Assembly (NCBI GenBank): GCA_044222185.1
Contig: JBGANV010000001.1
Coordinates: 928,001 to 992,000 of the forward strand
DNA: 64,000 nt
From: Planctomycetota bacterium
Lineage (GTDB): Bacteria; Planctomycetota; GCA-002687715; CAIWVZ01
Direction: 5' to 3'
Shown here piece after piece: positions 18,759 to 29,532 of the stretch. The notes below the pieces were generated by a model, which was not told the origin of the DNA, did not search any database, and worked only from the letters and a program-made list of their open reading frames with translations. A program made the position numbers and the translations under genes. How positions within the stretch are numbered: position 1 is the first letter of the stretch; each line of letters opens with the position of its first letter.

Positions 18759-20081
18759 TCAGCCGGCTGATTCGACCCGCACTCCACGGACGGAGTCATC
18801 GACGATCCGCCCGTCGCGGAAGATCATACGTCCGCCGACAACCGTCGCGAGCACCCGGCCTTGCAGCCGGCGACCGACGTAGGGCGAATGTCCTGTCTTC
18901 GAGAAGAGTTCGTCCACGGCGGGAGACTGGACCGCCCCTGGGTCGACGACCGTGAGGTCCCCGTGGTAGCCAACCCGGATCGCCCCACGCTCGGCCAACC
19001 CGAAGGCCCGTGCCGGCGCTTCGCCCATGAGGCGGGCGACGTCCAGGAGCGTGAGGAGCCCCCGGGCACACAGGTCCAGGAGAACCGGAACCTGGTGCTG
19101 GATCCCGGGCAAACCGGACGGAGCGGCCCCGAAATTCTGCGACTTCTCGGCCGTCGTGTGCGGTGCGTGGTCCGAGTGGACATGGTCGATCACGCCCCGT
19201 CGGATCCCATCGATCAGCCCATCCTGATCCGCCTTGGACTTGATGGAAGGATTGATCTTCAGCCAGTTGCCGACCGCCGCCACGTCGTCGTCGGTGAAAA
19301 ACAGGTACTGCGGGCACGTGGCGGCCGTGATGTCGAGCCCGTCGGCCTTTGCGCGCTCGACGAGCGTTACGGCCCGTGCGGTGGACAGGTGCGGCAGGTG
19401 AAGCCGTGTTCCGAAGGCACGCGCCATTTCGATGGCTTCACCGACGGCGACGGCCTCGGAGAGGGCGGGCCTCGCGAGGACGTGCGACGATGCCATGTCC
19501 GGCAGCCCCTGGCGTGCAAGCTTGTTGATTCCGTCCGATTCTGCGTGGACGGCGAGGACGCGACCGATCTTCGCCACGGCGCGAAACGCCTTCGCGAGGT
19601 CACCGATGTCCGTGATCGTCAGCGGGCCCACGCTCTGTGTCATGAACGCCTTGAACGCGATGACTGACTCGCACATCGAGCCGAGCTGATCGAGGTTCTG
19701 GACGCCGACGTTGCCGTAGATACCGAAGTTCACGCGGGACTTCGGCGCGATCATCGCCAGCTTCTCGCGAGCCGCGTCGGCACTCGTCGTCAGCGGCTCG
19801 TTGTTCTGGATCTCGAGAACCGTGGTGATTCCCCCGGCGGCGGCCGCTCGCGTGCCGGTGCCGAAGTCCTCCTTGTCCGTCCGCCCAGGCTCTCGGAAGT
19901 GCACGTGCGTGTCGATGCAACCTGGCAGCACCACCACGCCAGTGCAGTCGATCTCCTGCGCGCCGCGGATGGGCTCCGTCGTGATGGCAGCGATCCTGCC
20001 TTCGCGAATCCCCACGTTCGCCCGACGCCTCGAACCGTCGATGATCGCGTCGCCGCCGAAACAGACGAGGTCAAACAACAC
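18759..20081 (-). CDS. pyrC: dihydroorotase-family cyclic amidohydrolase
   Basis: PGCIDTHVHFREPG, AAAAGGITT, VHAE, HLST, KINP, SDHAPH; allantoinase not excluded. Confidence 0.75.
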   Translation of the reverse strand: MLFDLVCFGGDAIIDGSRRRANVGIREGRIAAITTEPIRGAQEIDCTGVVVLPGCIDTHVHFREPGRTDKEDFGTGTRAAAAGGITTVLEIQNNEPLTTSADAAREKLAMIAPKSRVNFGIYGNVGVQNLDQLGSMCESVIAFKAFMTQSVGPLTITDIGDLAKAFRAVAKIGRVLAVHAESDGINKLARQGLPDMASSHVLARPALSEAVAVGEAIEMARAFGTRLHLPHLSTARAVTLVERAKADGLDITAATCPQYLFFTDDDVAAVGNWLKINPSIKSKADQDGLIDGIRRGVIDHVHSDHAPHTTAEKSQNFGAAPSGLPGIQHQVPVLLDLCARGLLTLLDVARLMGEAPARAFGLAERGAIRVGYHGDLTVVDPGAVQSPAVDELFSKTGHSPYVGRRLQGRVLATVVGGRMIFRDGRIVDDSVRGVRVESAG

Positions 20082-20113
20082 GCGGGTCCGTCCAATCCGG
20101 GCGCAATCGCGCC

Positions 20114-21238
20114 TCAGTTCGTCAGTTCGAGAAGTCGGTCGTGCCAGGCAGACGGCTCTGGCCTGCGGTCCTCACCCGTGAGGATCCGCAAGGCGACGCA
20201 CGCGGCCACGCGAGTCGCCTGATCGGGCCCGGTCTTCGTTTGATCGTCGAAGGCTCTGCGGATCACGTCCAACGCCGACCGTCGTGACTCTGGCGCGACG
20301 AGCGCAGCCGCGAGCGGAACGTGTGGGGGACTTCGCCGCTTGAGCGCCTCGTCGAGTCGCGTGACGGGACTTTGCGAGAGGTGTTCCCAGTTGCGCGGGA
20401 ACACCCGCACCCGAGTCGGCTTCAGCACGAGGTTCCCGGGGACGAGTTCCTCGCCCACTTTGAGCTGCGCCATGTAGAGCGTTCCCGAGACCACGTACTC
20501 CTTGAGCGAGATGCCCGATGGGTTCTGATCCATCGTGTCGATCTTGATCGGGATCAAGTGCCGCTTGCCGGGCGCGAGAGTGACCGGCTCCCCGATCAAG
20601 GTGTTCTGCGTCAACCGGTCGTGTACCTGGGTACCGTCGAAGCCGAACTCCGTGTAGTCCGTCTCCATGCGCAAGAGCGTTCGGGAATTCGACGGCGCGC
20701 CACCGGAGGCAACCTCGGCCTCATCCGCGATCACGAGCGTTTCGGGCGAGAGGTTCAGCAATGCGACTTCACCCGTGATGGACTCCCCCACGGTCACTCT
20801 CGTCCTGTCGAGCCGGATGACGGCGTCCAGATAGAAGCTCTGCATGAGATGCTGCTTGGCATTCATGCGTGCGGACTCGACCTTGTCTCGGTCAGTCCCG
20901 GCGACGCCGCGACGCAGGAGTTCGTCGCCGACCTGCAGTGCGGTCTCGTAATCGCCGTCCTCGACGGCGAGCTGCAGGCGATGCAGTCCGTCAGCGATTT
21001 GCGCCGGCGTCATCAGGTCCGGTTCGGCGCTGGGACCGCTCTCGGTCGCCCGTGCGGCATTGGCCCGGGGGATGACGAGCGGTTGTGGACCCGAGGGGGC
21101 GACATCCGCGCTCGGCTCGGCGCACGCACCGCCGAGGAATGAGATGACGATGAGAGCCGAGACGAAACCGAATGATCCGGTCACGCCCCGGCTCCATGTC
21201 GAACGTCGGTTGCCGCGAGACTCAGTAGGAATTCCCAC
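20114..21238 (-). CDS. hypothetical lipoprotein
   Basis: Hydrophobic stretch ending in lipobox-like LGGAC; fills the gap between rpsA and the amidohydrolase on the same strand. Confidence 0.65.
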   Translation of the reverse strand: MGIPTESRGNRRSTWSRGVTGSFGFVSALIVISFLGGACAEPSADVAPSGPQPLVIPRANAARATESGPSAEPDLMTPAQIADGLHRLQLAVEDGDYETALQVGDELLRRGVAGTDRDKVESARMNAKQHLMQSFYLDAVIRLDRTRVTVGESITGEVALLNLSPETLVIADEAEVASGGAPSNSRTLLRMETDYTEFGFDGTQVHDRLTQNTLIGEPVTLAPGKRHLIPIKIDTMDQNPSGISLKEYVVSGTLYMAQLKVGEELVPGNLVLKPTRVRVFPRNWEHLSQSPVTRLDEALKRRSPPHVPLAAALVAPESRRSALDVIRRAFDDQTKTGPDQATRVAACVALRILTGEDRRPEPSAWHDRLLELTN

Positions 21239-21253
21239 GGCACCCCCGATCGT

Positions 21254-22996
21254 TCAGGCGTTCTCGCCGTTGTCGCCCGCGGGCTCCCCTTCGCCTTCCG
21301 TCGCGGCCGGCGTCGCCTCGCCCTCGGGTGGCGTGGCGGGACGCGGTGCGGCCTCGACGACCTCGAGCAGCGTCAGGCCGATCTTCCGCTCCTCCGGGTT
21401 CACCTTGATGACCTTCACGCGCACCTTGTCACCGACGGAGACGACTTCCTCGGGGTTGTTGACCTTCGTCTCGGAGAGCTCCGAGATGTGAAGGAGACCC
21501 TCGAGGTCCGACTCGAGCTGAACGAAGACGCCGAAGTTCGTGATCTTGGTGACGACGCCATCCAGGTCCGCACCGACGAGGTAGCGGTTCGGGATGTCGT
21601 AATCCCACGGATCCTCCGACAGCTGCTTCATGCCGAGGGCGACGCGCTTCTTCTCCTGATCGACGGAGAGGACGATCGCCTCGACCATGTCGCCCTTCTT
21701 GAGCATCTCGGAGGGGTGCGACACCTTGCGCGTCCACGACATGTCGGAGACGTGGAGCAGGCCGTCGATGCCCTCTTCGATCTCGACGAAGGCGCCGTAG
21801 TTCGTGAGGTTGCGGACCCGGCCGCGGATGATCGTGCCGACCGGGTACTTCTGCTCGACGACGTCCCAGGGGTTCTCCTCGACCTGCTTCATGCCGAGGG
21901 AGATCTCCTGCTTCTGGGCGTTCACGTTCAGGACGACCACGTCGACGATCTGGGCCGGCTGGACCAATTCGTTCGGGTGGTTGACCCGGCGCGTCCACGA
22001 CATCTCGGAGATGTGGACCAGGCCCTCGACGCCTTCCTCGAGCTTGACGAACGCACCGTAGGACATGACGTTCACCACTTCGCCCTGCAGCTTCATGCCG
22101 GGCTGGTAGCGATCCTCGATGTTCTCCCACGGCGACGGCGTCTTCTGCTTGAGGCCGAGCGCGATGCGCTCCGACTCCTGGTCGAACTTCAGGACCTTCA
22201 CGTCGATCATGTCGTCGATCGACAGCATCTCGGACGGGTGGTTGATGCGACCCCACGCCATGTCCGTGATGTGGAGGAGACCGTCGATGCCGCCCAGGTC
22301 GACGAACGCGCCGAAGTCGGCGATGTTCTTGACGACGCCACGGCGGATCTGCCCCTCGGTGAGGTTCGAGAGCAGGTCGCGCTTCTTCGTCTCGCGCCCT
22401 TCCTCGAGCATCTTGCGGCGGGAGATGACGATGTTCATGCGCGCTTCATCGATCTTGATGATCCGCGCCTCGACTTCCTTGCCGATGTACTGGGAGATGT
22501 CGCCCGCGCGACGGATCTCGATCTGGGACGCCGGCAGGAAGACCGGGATGCCGATGTCGACGAGGAGTCCGCCCTTGATCTTGCGGACGCACATGCCCTT
22601 GACGACGTCGCCTTCCTTGTGCGTCGTGATGATGCGCTCCCAACCGCGGATGCGGTCGGCCTTGCGCTTCGAGAGTTCGGGAAGTCCACGCGTGTCGCCG
22701 GCGTCCTCGAGGAAGACCTCGATCTCGTCGCCGACCTGGGGGACCTTCTCGCCGAATTCCGAGATCTGGACGGTGCCTTCGGACTTCGAGCGGAAGTCGA
22801 TGAGCACTTCGTCGCTGCGAACCTCGATGACGCGCCCCTTCACGATCGAGCCGCTCTTGACCGAGCGTTCGCCAGCGGCGTCGAGGTCGCCGGCGAGGTC
22901 TGGCGTACCACTGAGCTCCTGCGCGAGGAGCTTCTCGATGTCGTCGTTGGACGAAGTGAACTTCTTGACGAGGGCGCGGGATTGGACTGTTGACAT
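21254..22996 (-). CDS. rpsA: 30S ribosomal protein S1
   Basis: Six S1 domains (VKNIADFGAFVDLGGIDGLLHITDMAW, YGAFVKLEEGVEGLVHISEMSW, etc.); cmk-rpsA synteny. Confidence 0.98.
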   Translation of the reverse strand: MSTVQSRALVKKFTSSNDDIEKLLAQELSGTPDLAGDLDAAGERSVKSGSIVKGRVIEVRSDEVLIDFRSKSEGTVQISEFGEKVPQVGDEIEVFLEDAGDTRGLPELSKRKADRIRGWERIITTHKEGDVVKGMCVRKIKGGLLVDIGIPVFLPASQIEIRRAGDISQYIGKEVEARIIKIDEARMNIVISRRKMLEEGRETKKRDLLSNLTEGQIRRGVVKNIADFGAFVDLGGIDGLLHITDMAWGRINHPSEMLSIDDMIDVKVLKFDQESERIALGLKQKTPSPWENIEDRYQPGMKLQGEVVNVMSYGAFVKLEEGVEGLVHISEMSWTRRVNHPNELVQPAQIVDVVVLNVNAQKQEISLGMKQVEENPWDVVEQKYPVGTIIRGRVRNLTNYGAFVEIEEGIDGLLHVSDMSWTRKVSHPSEMLKKGDMVEAIVLSVDQEKKRVALGMKQLSEDPWDYDIPNRYLVGADLDGVVTKITNFGVFVQLESDLEGLLHISELSETKVNNPEEVVSVGDKVRVKVIKVNPEERKIGLTLLEVVEAAPRPATPPEGEATPAATEGEGEPAGDNGENA

Positions 22997-23095
22997 GGAA
23001 ACCTTGTTGTCTATCGCAACGCCGGTCGTGACCGCCGTGGTTCGTCCGTTCGGAAGCGAACCCTCACGCGTGTCGCACGATCGACGGGAGCCGCA

Positions 23096-23830
23096 TCACC
23101 GTTTCGGAAAGGACACCGCGTCCTTCCCCGAGGGACCGCGTGCGGTGGGCTCGCTCCGCCCCGCGTTCCCGTTGACTGATCCTTTGTGTTTGATGGCGTG
23201 GGCCACGATGATCTCCACCACCTCGTCGATGGTGTGGTTCGTGGTGTCGACGACTGTTTGATCGTTCATCCGCACGAGTGGCGCGTGTTCGCGAGTGGAG
23301 TCGCGCTCGTCGCGGACGCGGAGACGGGCAACCAGCTCGGCCTGGGTGACGGCCTCCCCCGCTGTCGCGAGTTCGGCGCGTCGGCGCTCGGCACGCGTCT
23401 CCAGCGACGCGTCCAGGTAGATCTTCACGGCTGCGCCCGGGAACACGACGGTCCCCATGTCCCGGCCCTCGCAGACCAGGTCGGTCGACGCGCCGACCCG
23501 GCGCTGGAGCTCCGTCATCGCGGAGCGAACCTGGGGGTGGGCGCTGACGGCGGAGACGTTGGCGGTAACCCTCTCCGTCCGAATCTCGCGCGTGACGTCA
23601 CGGTCATCGAGGAGGACGCGACCGTCCGTGGGGAGATCGATGCGGAGTCCGTGGGCGAGCTTCCCGAGGGCGGCCCCGTCGTCGACGGGCGTTCCGGCGT
23701 CGAGTGCCGCGACCGTCACGGCGCGGTACATGGCCCCGGAATCGAGGTAGCGGAACCCGAGCCTCGCCGCGACACGCTTCGCGGTCGTACTCTTGCCGGC
23801 GCCGGCCGGCCCATCGATGGTCACGATCAC
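23096..23830 (-). CDS. cmk: cytidylate kinase
   Basis: IVTIDGPAGAGKST, YLDSGAMYRA, EGRDMGTVVFP, RDERDSTR; GTG start at 23830. Confidence 0.96.
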   Translation of the reverse strand: MIVTIDGPAGAGKSTTAKRVAARLGFRYLDSGAMYRAVTVAALDAGTPVDDGAALGKLAHGLRIDLPTDGRVLLDDRDVTREIRTERVTANVSAVSAHPQVRSAMTELQRRVGASTDLVCEGRDMGTVVFPGAAVKIYLDASLETRAERRRAELATAGEAVTQAELVARLRVRDERDSTREHAPLVRMNDQTVVDTTNHTIDEVVEIIVAHAIKHKGSVNGNAGRSEPTARGPSGKDAVSFPKR

Positions 23831-23945
23831 TCGGGGTGGGTCTCTCGGGAGGCGAGCGGGGCACGCTCGGTTGGACGGCACGCCCCAAAAACTCGGGCCA
23901 GAATGCTACGGCGCTTCCAACGCCTCGGAAAGGGGCCAAGTCCGG

Positions 23946-24701
23946 TCAGGACTGGGGTTTCCCGGGATCGAAACGTCGGATCCGCAGGTCCCCGCCGTCG
24001 AAGTGAAGGTAGTTGGGCCCGTCCTCCCACGCCCCAGTGGTGAACAGCCGGGCCGACCCGCGCGTGCCGCTGACCGGCGTTTCGGCGAGGTGATGGATGT
24101 GGCCGCAGATCACGATGTCGTATTGCCGTCGCGACAGCAGACCGGTCACACCGTCGAGGATCGATCCCAGCCGGTTCGTTTCCGTCTCCTTCAGGCGAGC
24201 CGTCTTGCGCGCCGAGATCGCGCGGTACCGGCGCGCCGCAAAGATCCCCGCGCCCGCGGGCAGGGCCTGGACGATCCACCGCATGGGAGGCGATCGGAGG
24301 ATCTTCTTGGCCATCTGGTAGCTGTGGTCGTGGACGCAGAACTCGTCGCCGTGCGACAGGTGGACGGAGAAACGGCCGAGCTCGAGGTCGATCTCATCGG
24401 GCGCGAGCCGGGCACCCTGGTCGACGAACGTGCGGTCCAACAGGTAGTCCCGATTGCCAGCCAGGAGCGTGACCGCGACGCCCTGACGTGTCAGAGCGCC
24501 GATGCCGTCGAAGAGCGGCCGATAGAACTCGAGGCTCCCCTGCTTGCCCCCGACGTAGAAGTCGAACAGGTCTCCGTGGATGAACAGGCGCGACGCGAGG
24601 CCCGGGACGGCACCCAGGAAGGCGACGAAGTTGGAGAGGTAGGCCTCTCCGCCGAAGTAGAGATGCACGTCCGAGACGAAGACGGCCGGGCCGTTCTCCA
24701 T
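23946..24701 (-). CDS. lpxH: UDP-2,3-diacylglucosamine diphosphatase
   Basis: FVSDVHL, HGDLFD, AGNRDY, SHGD, CGHIH, GAW; the GNRD motif is typical of LpxH. Confidence 0.8.
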   Translation of the reverse strand: MENGPAVFVSDVHLYFGGEAYLSNFVAFLGAVPGLASRLFIHGDLFDFYVGGKQGSLEFYRPLFDGIGALTRQGVAVTLLAGNRDYLLDRTFVDQGARLAPDEIDLELGRFSVHLSHGDEFCVHDHSYQMAKKILRSPPMRWIVQALPAGAGIFAARRYRAISARKTARLKETETNRLGSILDGVTGLLSRRQYDIVICGHIHHLAETPVSGTRGSARLFTTGAWEDGPNYLHFDGGDLRIRRFDPGKPQS

Positions 24702-26056
24702 CACTCCTCCCCGTCCGCGATCCCGTAGAGCCTGAGCTTCTCCCACAGGTTCTTGCGGCTGATCCCGAGGACCGACGCCGCCTGCGCCCTGTGATTGCCC
24801 GTCATCTTCAGGACGTACCGCAGGTGCTCGATCTCCGCCTCCTCAACGACCTCCTTCAGGGGACGGAGCTTGTCCGGGGCTTTCACCGCCTGCTTGAAGT
24901 TCGGGGACATCTCGACGAGGTGCTCGCGCTTGAGGATCCGCGACTGGCCGGCGAGTGCGATGGCGCGTTCCACGGCATGCTCCAGCTCGCGGACGTTCCC
25001 TGGCCACGAGTACTGGTCCATCAACTCGAGCGTTTCCGGTTTGACCTCGTAGTCGCGATCTCCCGCGTACTTCTTCACGAAGTGGTGGACGAGCAGCGCG
25101 ATGTCGCCCTTCCGCTCACGCAATGCCGGCAGGAGGAGCGGCACGACGTTCAGGCGGTAGTAAAGGTCCTCGCGAAACTTACCCTCCCGCACGTGGGCCC
25201 TCAGATCGACCTTCGTCGCGGCGATCACGCGCGCATTGACCTTGATCGATTTGTCCCCGCCCAGCCGTTCGACTTCCTTTTCCTGCAGCACGCGCAGGAG
25301 CTTGACCTGTGTTGCGAGGGCGAGGTCATCGATGTCGTCCAGGAAGAACGTGCCGCCCTCGGCGCGCTCGAAGCGTCCGAGCTTCTTGTCCTTCGCATCC
25401 GTGAACGCACCGCGTTCGTGCCCGAACAGCTCATCCTCGAGCAAGGTCGACGGGATCGCGGCGCAGGACATGGCGATGAATGGCTGATTGCGGCGCGCGC
25501 TGTTGCTGTGGATGGCGCGGGCGATCACCTCCTTGCCCGTTCCCGTCTCGCCCTGGATCAACACCGTCGCGTCCGTCTTCGCGACGGTCTTCACGGTTCG
25601 GACGACCTCTTGCATGGCCGAGCTCTGGCCGACGATGTTTCCGAAGCTCGTGACCTCTCCCAGCTGTTCACGAAGCGTCCGATTCTCCGCGACGAGGGCG
25701 CGGACCTGATCGAGCCGCGCCAGCGCGTGAACGATCTGTTCGTTGCGGAACGGCTTCAGGATGTAGTCCGCGGCCCCTTCCTTCATGGCCTTCACGGCGG
25801 AGTCGATCGACCCGTAACCAGTGACGAGGATCACGGCCGTGGACGCGTCCGCGGCCTTGATGCGCCGCAGCAGTTCGTCGCCCTTGATGCCTGGCATGTT
25901 GATGTCGGAAACGACGCAATCGAAGCGTTCACGTTGGATGGCCGCGAGCGCGTCGTCGCCGCTGTTGGCGACTTCGACCACGTGGCCCGCCTCCCGCAGA
26001 TCCTCTTCGAGTGTGAGCGTGATCGACTTTTCGTCGTCAGCTACGAGGACTCGCAT
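24701..26056 (-). CDS. sigma-54-dependent response regulator (NtrC/AtoC family)
   Basis: REC (VADDE, SDINMPG, KP), AAA+ (GETGTGKE, GAFTDA, FREDLYYRLNV, WPGNVREL) and Fis-type HTH. Confidence 0.95.
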   Translation of the reverse strand: MRVLVADDEKSITLTLEEDLREAGHVVEVANSGDDALAAIQRERFDCVVSDINMPGIKGDELLRRIKAADASTAVILVTGYGSIDSAVKAMKEGAADYILKPFRNEQIVHALARLDQVRALVAENRTLREQLGEVTSFGNIVGQSSAMQEVVRTVKTVAKTDATVLIQGETGTGKEVIARAIHSNSARRNQPFIAMSCAAIPSTLLEDELFGHERGAFTDAKDKKLGRFERAEGGTFFLDDIDDLALATQVKLLRVLQEKEVERLGGDKSIKVNARVIAATKVDLRAHVREGKFREDLYYRLNVVPLLLPALRERKGDIALLVHHFVKKYAGDRDYEVKPETLELMDQYSWPGNVRELEHAVERAIALAGQSRILKREHLVEMSPNFKQAVKAPDKLRPLKEVVEEAEIEHLRYVLKMTGNHRAQAASVLGISRKNLWEKLRLYGIADGEE

Positions 26057-27468
26057 GTCTCTGTCTCCTCCGTTCGTCCTGCGGGCACCGCCTTGCCCGG
26101 GTTCATGATCCCATCTGGATCGAAGAGTCGTTTCACGCCCTGCATGAGCTCGAGCGCTCGGGCGCCGACCTCCGACTTCATCGCGTCGAGCTTCGTGTTT
26201 CCGATCCCATGTTCGCCGGAGATGGTCCCGCCGCGGCGCATCACGATGGCCAGTGCGCGTTGCCGAGCCGTTGCGAGCCGCTCCCGATCACCGGGCTTGG
26301 CGGGATCGTACAGGAAGTTGACGTGCAGGTTCGCGTCGCCAGCATGGCCATAGGCCAGGATCCGGATCCCTGCGTCCCGTCCGGCGGCCTTGATCTCGGC
26401 GATCGCGTCGGCGAGCTGCCCGCGTGGGACGCCCAGGTCCTCCGACTTCTTCGCGGCCGAGACTCGATAGACGGCGGGCGAGATCCCGCGGCGACCCTTC
26501 CAGAGCGCGTCGCGCTCGGCGGCCGACGATGCGTGTCGCGCCTCGTACGCCCCCGCGCGCCGGAGGGCCTCGACGGCCGAATGCGTCTCCTCTGCGACCG
26601 CCGTTTCCGATCCGTCCACCTCGATCAGGAGCCTCGAGCGGCATCGCACATCGGGCACCTCCCCGAGGAACCCGCTCACGATCTGGACGACGTCGCCGTC
26701 CATGTACTCCAGTGCGCGTGGAAGGACGCCGGCCTCGAGAACCGCATCGGCGCCGGCGAAACCACCGACTTCCGAATCGAACGAGGCCAGGATGGTCGCA
26801 GATGCTCGCGGTCTCGGGATGAGCCGCAAAGTCAACTGGGTGATGATGCCGAGCGTCCCTTCGGAGCCGACGAAGAGCCGCGTGAGGTCGTATCCAACCG
26901 AGCGCTTCAGCGCGCGGCCGCCGACCTGCAGGGTCGACGCGTCGGCCAGGACGGCGCGCACGCCGAGGACGTAGTCGCGCGTGACGCCGTACTTCACCGC
27001 TCGCAGGCCGCCCGCCGCGGTCGCAACGTTGCCTCCGAGCGTCGAGAAGCGGCTGGACGCCGGATCTGGCGGATAGAAGAGCCCGAACGTCTCGACGTGG
27101 GACTGGAAGGCTCCCGTGAGAACGCCGGGTTCGACGACCGCGACGAGGTCGCGCTGGTCGACGTCGACGATCCGATTCATGCGCGAGAGGTCCACGACGA
27201 GCTGCTCACGCCGCGACGACGCCGAGCCTGTCGGGGACGTCCCGGCACCGCGTGGAACCAGCGTGAGTCCGTGACGCCGAGCGATCGTCACGACGGCGAC
27301 GACCTCGGCCTCGGTCGCGGGTCGCGCGACCGCCACGCAGTCCCCGGCCTGGCGCGACGCGTCGGAACCATGGAGGCTGCGATCCTCCGGACTCGTGAGA
27401 AGCCCCGGAGCACCGAGCGCGGCGCGGAGTTCGGCGATGACGGCGTCTGTCGTTGGGGCCACGGACAT
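26041..27468 (-). CDS. glcD: FAD-linked oxidase, glycolate oxidase GlcD family
   Basis: PRGAGTS, YPPDPAS, TLGGNVA, KYGVTRDYV, FVGSEGTLGII, GHAGDANLH, SGEHGIG, DPDGIMNPGK. Confidence 0.88.
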   Translation of the reverse strand: MSVAPTTDAVIAELRAALGAPGLLTSPEDRSLHGSDASRQAGDCVAVARPATEAEVVAVVTIARRHGLTLVPRGAGTSPTGSASSRREQLVVDLSRMNRIVDVDQRDLVAVVEPGVLTGAFQSHVETFGLFYPPDPASSRFSTLGGNVATAAGGLRAVKYGVTRDYVLGVRAVLADASTLQVGGRALKRSVGYDLTRLFVGSEGTLGIITQLTLRLIPRPRASATILASFDSEVGGFAGADAVLEAGVLPRALEYMDGDVVQIVSGFLGEVPDVRCRSRLLIEVDGSETAVAEETHSAVEALRRAGAYEARHASSAAERDALWKGRRGISPAVYRVSAAKKSEDLGVPRGQLADAIAEIKAAGRDAGIRILAYGHAGDANLHVNFLYDPAKPGDRERLATARQRALAIVMRRGGTISGEHGIGNTKLDAMKSEVGARALELMQGVKRLFDPDGIMNPGKAVPAGRTEETETCESS

Positions 27469-27505
27469 CGTGAGCGCGGATGCTAACGCCCGAACCCCGC
27501 CGGAC

Positions 27506-28540
27506 TCAGACGGGCATCCGCTTCGAAACGAAGGAGCCGAGCTTCTCGGCAACGGGCAACGGCAGCTTCTTGAAGAGGCGGCGCGCTAGGTTGAACTTCG
27601 GGTTGTCCGGGTTCATCGAAGGCAACCGGCCGCTCTCGTCCAGCAGGTACTGGTACCGCAGGGGCGTGGGCTCGAATCCCTGGTTCTTCTTGAAGAAGTA
27701 GCTGCCCGTTTCGCGACGGCTGCGTCCGAAGTCGAACTTCTTCAGCCCGTGCTCGCAGGCCCATTCCATCAATGCGTGGTACATCACGTTGTTGGCCGAC
27801 AGCTCCGTCGCGTTGTCGGCGGCGCCCGAGTAGTACGGCATGATCCAATCGCGATGGACCAGGGACATGACGGCGGCGACGGTCTCTCCCTCGTAACGGA
27901 CGCGCATGATGAAACAGCGTTCGCCGAAGGTCTCGAGCACGCGCCAGAAGAGACTCTTCGGGAAGATCGGAGAGCCGAGCGAGCGCTTGTTGTTCGCGAA
28001 CAGGAGGTAGAACTCCTCGACGTCGCGGCTGTGTGTGTCGATCGTGAGCCCGGGACGCGCCAGCGCCTTGCGTACCTCGGCGCGGGCCTTGCGCGGAATG
28101 CGGTTCAGGCACTCCTCCTTCGTCGCGGGCACGTCAGCGATGAACGTGACGTACAGGTCGGTCGACGGCAGGTCGATGCCGGGATCGTGAAGGTGTCGGA
28201 GTTCGACGTACTTGGCGCCACTCGCCATGGCGACCTTGCGCCCGGCATCCGCGAGATGACGCGCAACCTCCGGGTCATCGGCGAGGATGCCGCCGTAGAC
28301 ACCGAACGGGAGCGAAACCATCGACACTCCGAAGAAGATCGACCGGATCTCCACGATGGGAAGCACACCGACGGTCCGCCCCTTCTGCTCCGCGAGGAGG
28401 TAGTGCGGCACGTGCGGGAACGTTCGGACGAGCATGTCCCGCCACGCGAGTTCGTGGAAGATCGTCGCCTGCGGGTGGCGCTGGACGTAATCCGACCAAC
28501 GCCCTTCGAGGCTCGAGTCCAGTGTCCAGATGGTGGTCAT
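27506..28540 (-). CDS. FemAB-family GNAT protein (PEP-CTERM/exopolysaccharide-associated type)
   Basis: HPQATIFH, SLPFGVYGGIL, RKARAEVRK, LGSP, NNVMY, FDFGRS, FFKKNQGFEP, NPDNPKF. Confidence 0.85.
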   Translation of the reverse strand: MTTIWTLDSSLEGRWSDYVQRHPQATIFHELAWRDMLVRTFPHVPHYLLAEQKGRTVGVLPIVEIRSIFFGVSMVSLPFGVYGGILADDPEVARHLADAGRKVAMASGAKYVELRHLHDPGIDLPSTDLYVTFIADVPATKEECLNRIPRKARAEVRKALARPGLTIDTHSRDVEEFYLLFANNKRSLGSPIFPKSLFWRVLETFGERCFIMRVRYEGETVAAVMSLVHRDWIMPYYSGAADNATELSANNVMYHALMEWACEHGLKKFDFGRSRRETGSYFFKKNQGFEPTPLRYQYLLDESGRLPSMNPDNPKFNLARRLFKKLPLPVAEKLGSFVSKRMPV

Positions 28541-29532
28541 GCCGCTCCGCCGGGTGGCGTCTCACCCGTGATGACTCGCTCGATGTGATAGTCCCGAAGC
28601 TCGCGACCCTGAAGGAAGATGATGATCTCCCCGATCAGACCGATGCTCCCGACGATGATGCCGAGCACGAGGAGGAACACCCCGAGCACGAGGAGCGGGT
28701 TATCGGCGAGTCCGAGGCGCCGGTCCGCGAGGAAGCGGAAGTAGAGCATCGTCGCGCAGATGATCAGTCCCAGCACGAAGAACACCGAGCCCACCATTCC
28801 GAAGAACCGCAATGGCTTGCGCGTGAACTTGATCAGGAAGAAGATCGACAGGATGTCGAGGAGCCGGCGGATGTACACACCCGGGGTGTACAGCGTGCTC
28901 CGTCCTTCCTCGCGAACGTGCTGTACGGGGATCTCGATGACTCGGAATCCCTTCTGCACGGCGAAGACGGCGATGAAGCGGAACAAGTCGCCGTGGAAAG
29001 ACAGCTCCTCGACGACCTCGCGGCGGAATGCCCTGAACGAGCAGTTCAGGTCTTGCAGATCGGTCTTGGTCAGCATCCGCGTGTAGGCGTTGAACGCCCA
29101 GGACTGGACACGCGCGAACGCAGAGTCCACGCGCCTGTCACGTCTCACCGCGACGTAGTCGTGCGCATTGGTGTCGAGCAGCTGAAGAGCCTTGCGGATC
29201 GCGTCCACACCGACCTGCTGATACCAGGTCGTCGTCACGATGTACCGACCCCGCGCGAGACCGACCGCGCTGGCGATTCCCACAGATTCGCCGAACGCGC
29301 GCCGGAACCTGATCGCACGAACGTTCGAGCGCTCCTGGCAGAGTCGCTCGACGTACCGCAGGAAGTCCCCGCCAACCCCGTCGTCGACGAAGACGATCTC
29401 GTAGCTCTTCCCCAGGTCTTCCAGCGCGCTGCCGTAGACGGAGATGAGCTCGGTGGTGAGGTCTATCTTGGGACGTGCGTCACTTGCGAGAACGACGAGC
29501 GTGACGTCGTACGGAATCGCTGAATAGGTCAC
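28537..29532 (-). CDS. glycosyltransferase family 2 (ArnC/DPM-like) with C-terminal TM helices; degenerate DxD
   Basis: EIVFVDDG, FGES, DLNCSFRAFRR, FRFI, KFTRKPLRFFG, two TM helices; GTG start coupled to the upstream stop. Confidence 0.82.
   Translation of the reverse strand: MTYSAIPYDVTLVVLASDARPKIDLTTELISVYGSALEDLGKSYEIVFVDDGVGGDFLRYVERLCQERSNVRAIRFRRAFGESVGIASAVGLARGRYIVTTTWYQQVGVDAIRKALQLLDTNAHDYVAVRRDRRVDSAFARVQSWAFNAYTRMLTKTDLQDLNCSFRAFRREVVEELSFHGDLFRFIAVFAVQKGFRVIEIPVQHVREEGRSTLYTPGVYIRRLLDILSIFFLIKFTRKPLRFFGMVGSVFFVLGLIICATMLYFRFLADRRLGLADNPLLVLGVFLLVLGIIVGSIGLIGEIIIFLQGRELRDYHIERVITGETPPGGAA

Noticed and set aside
21400-22350. Recurrent ~260-bp similar segments
   Set aside because: These are the tandem S1 domains of rpsA, not a DNA repeat element.
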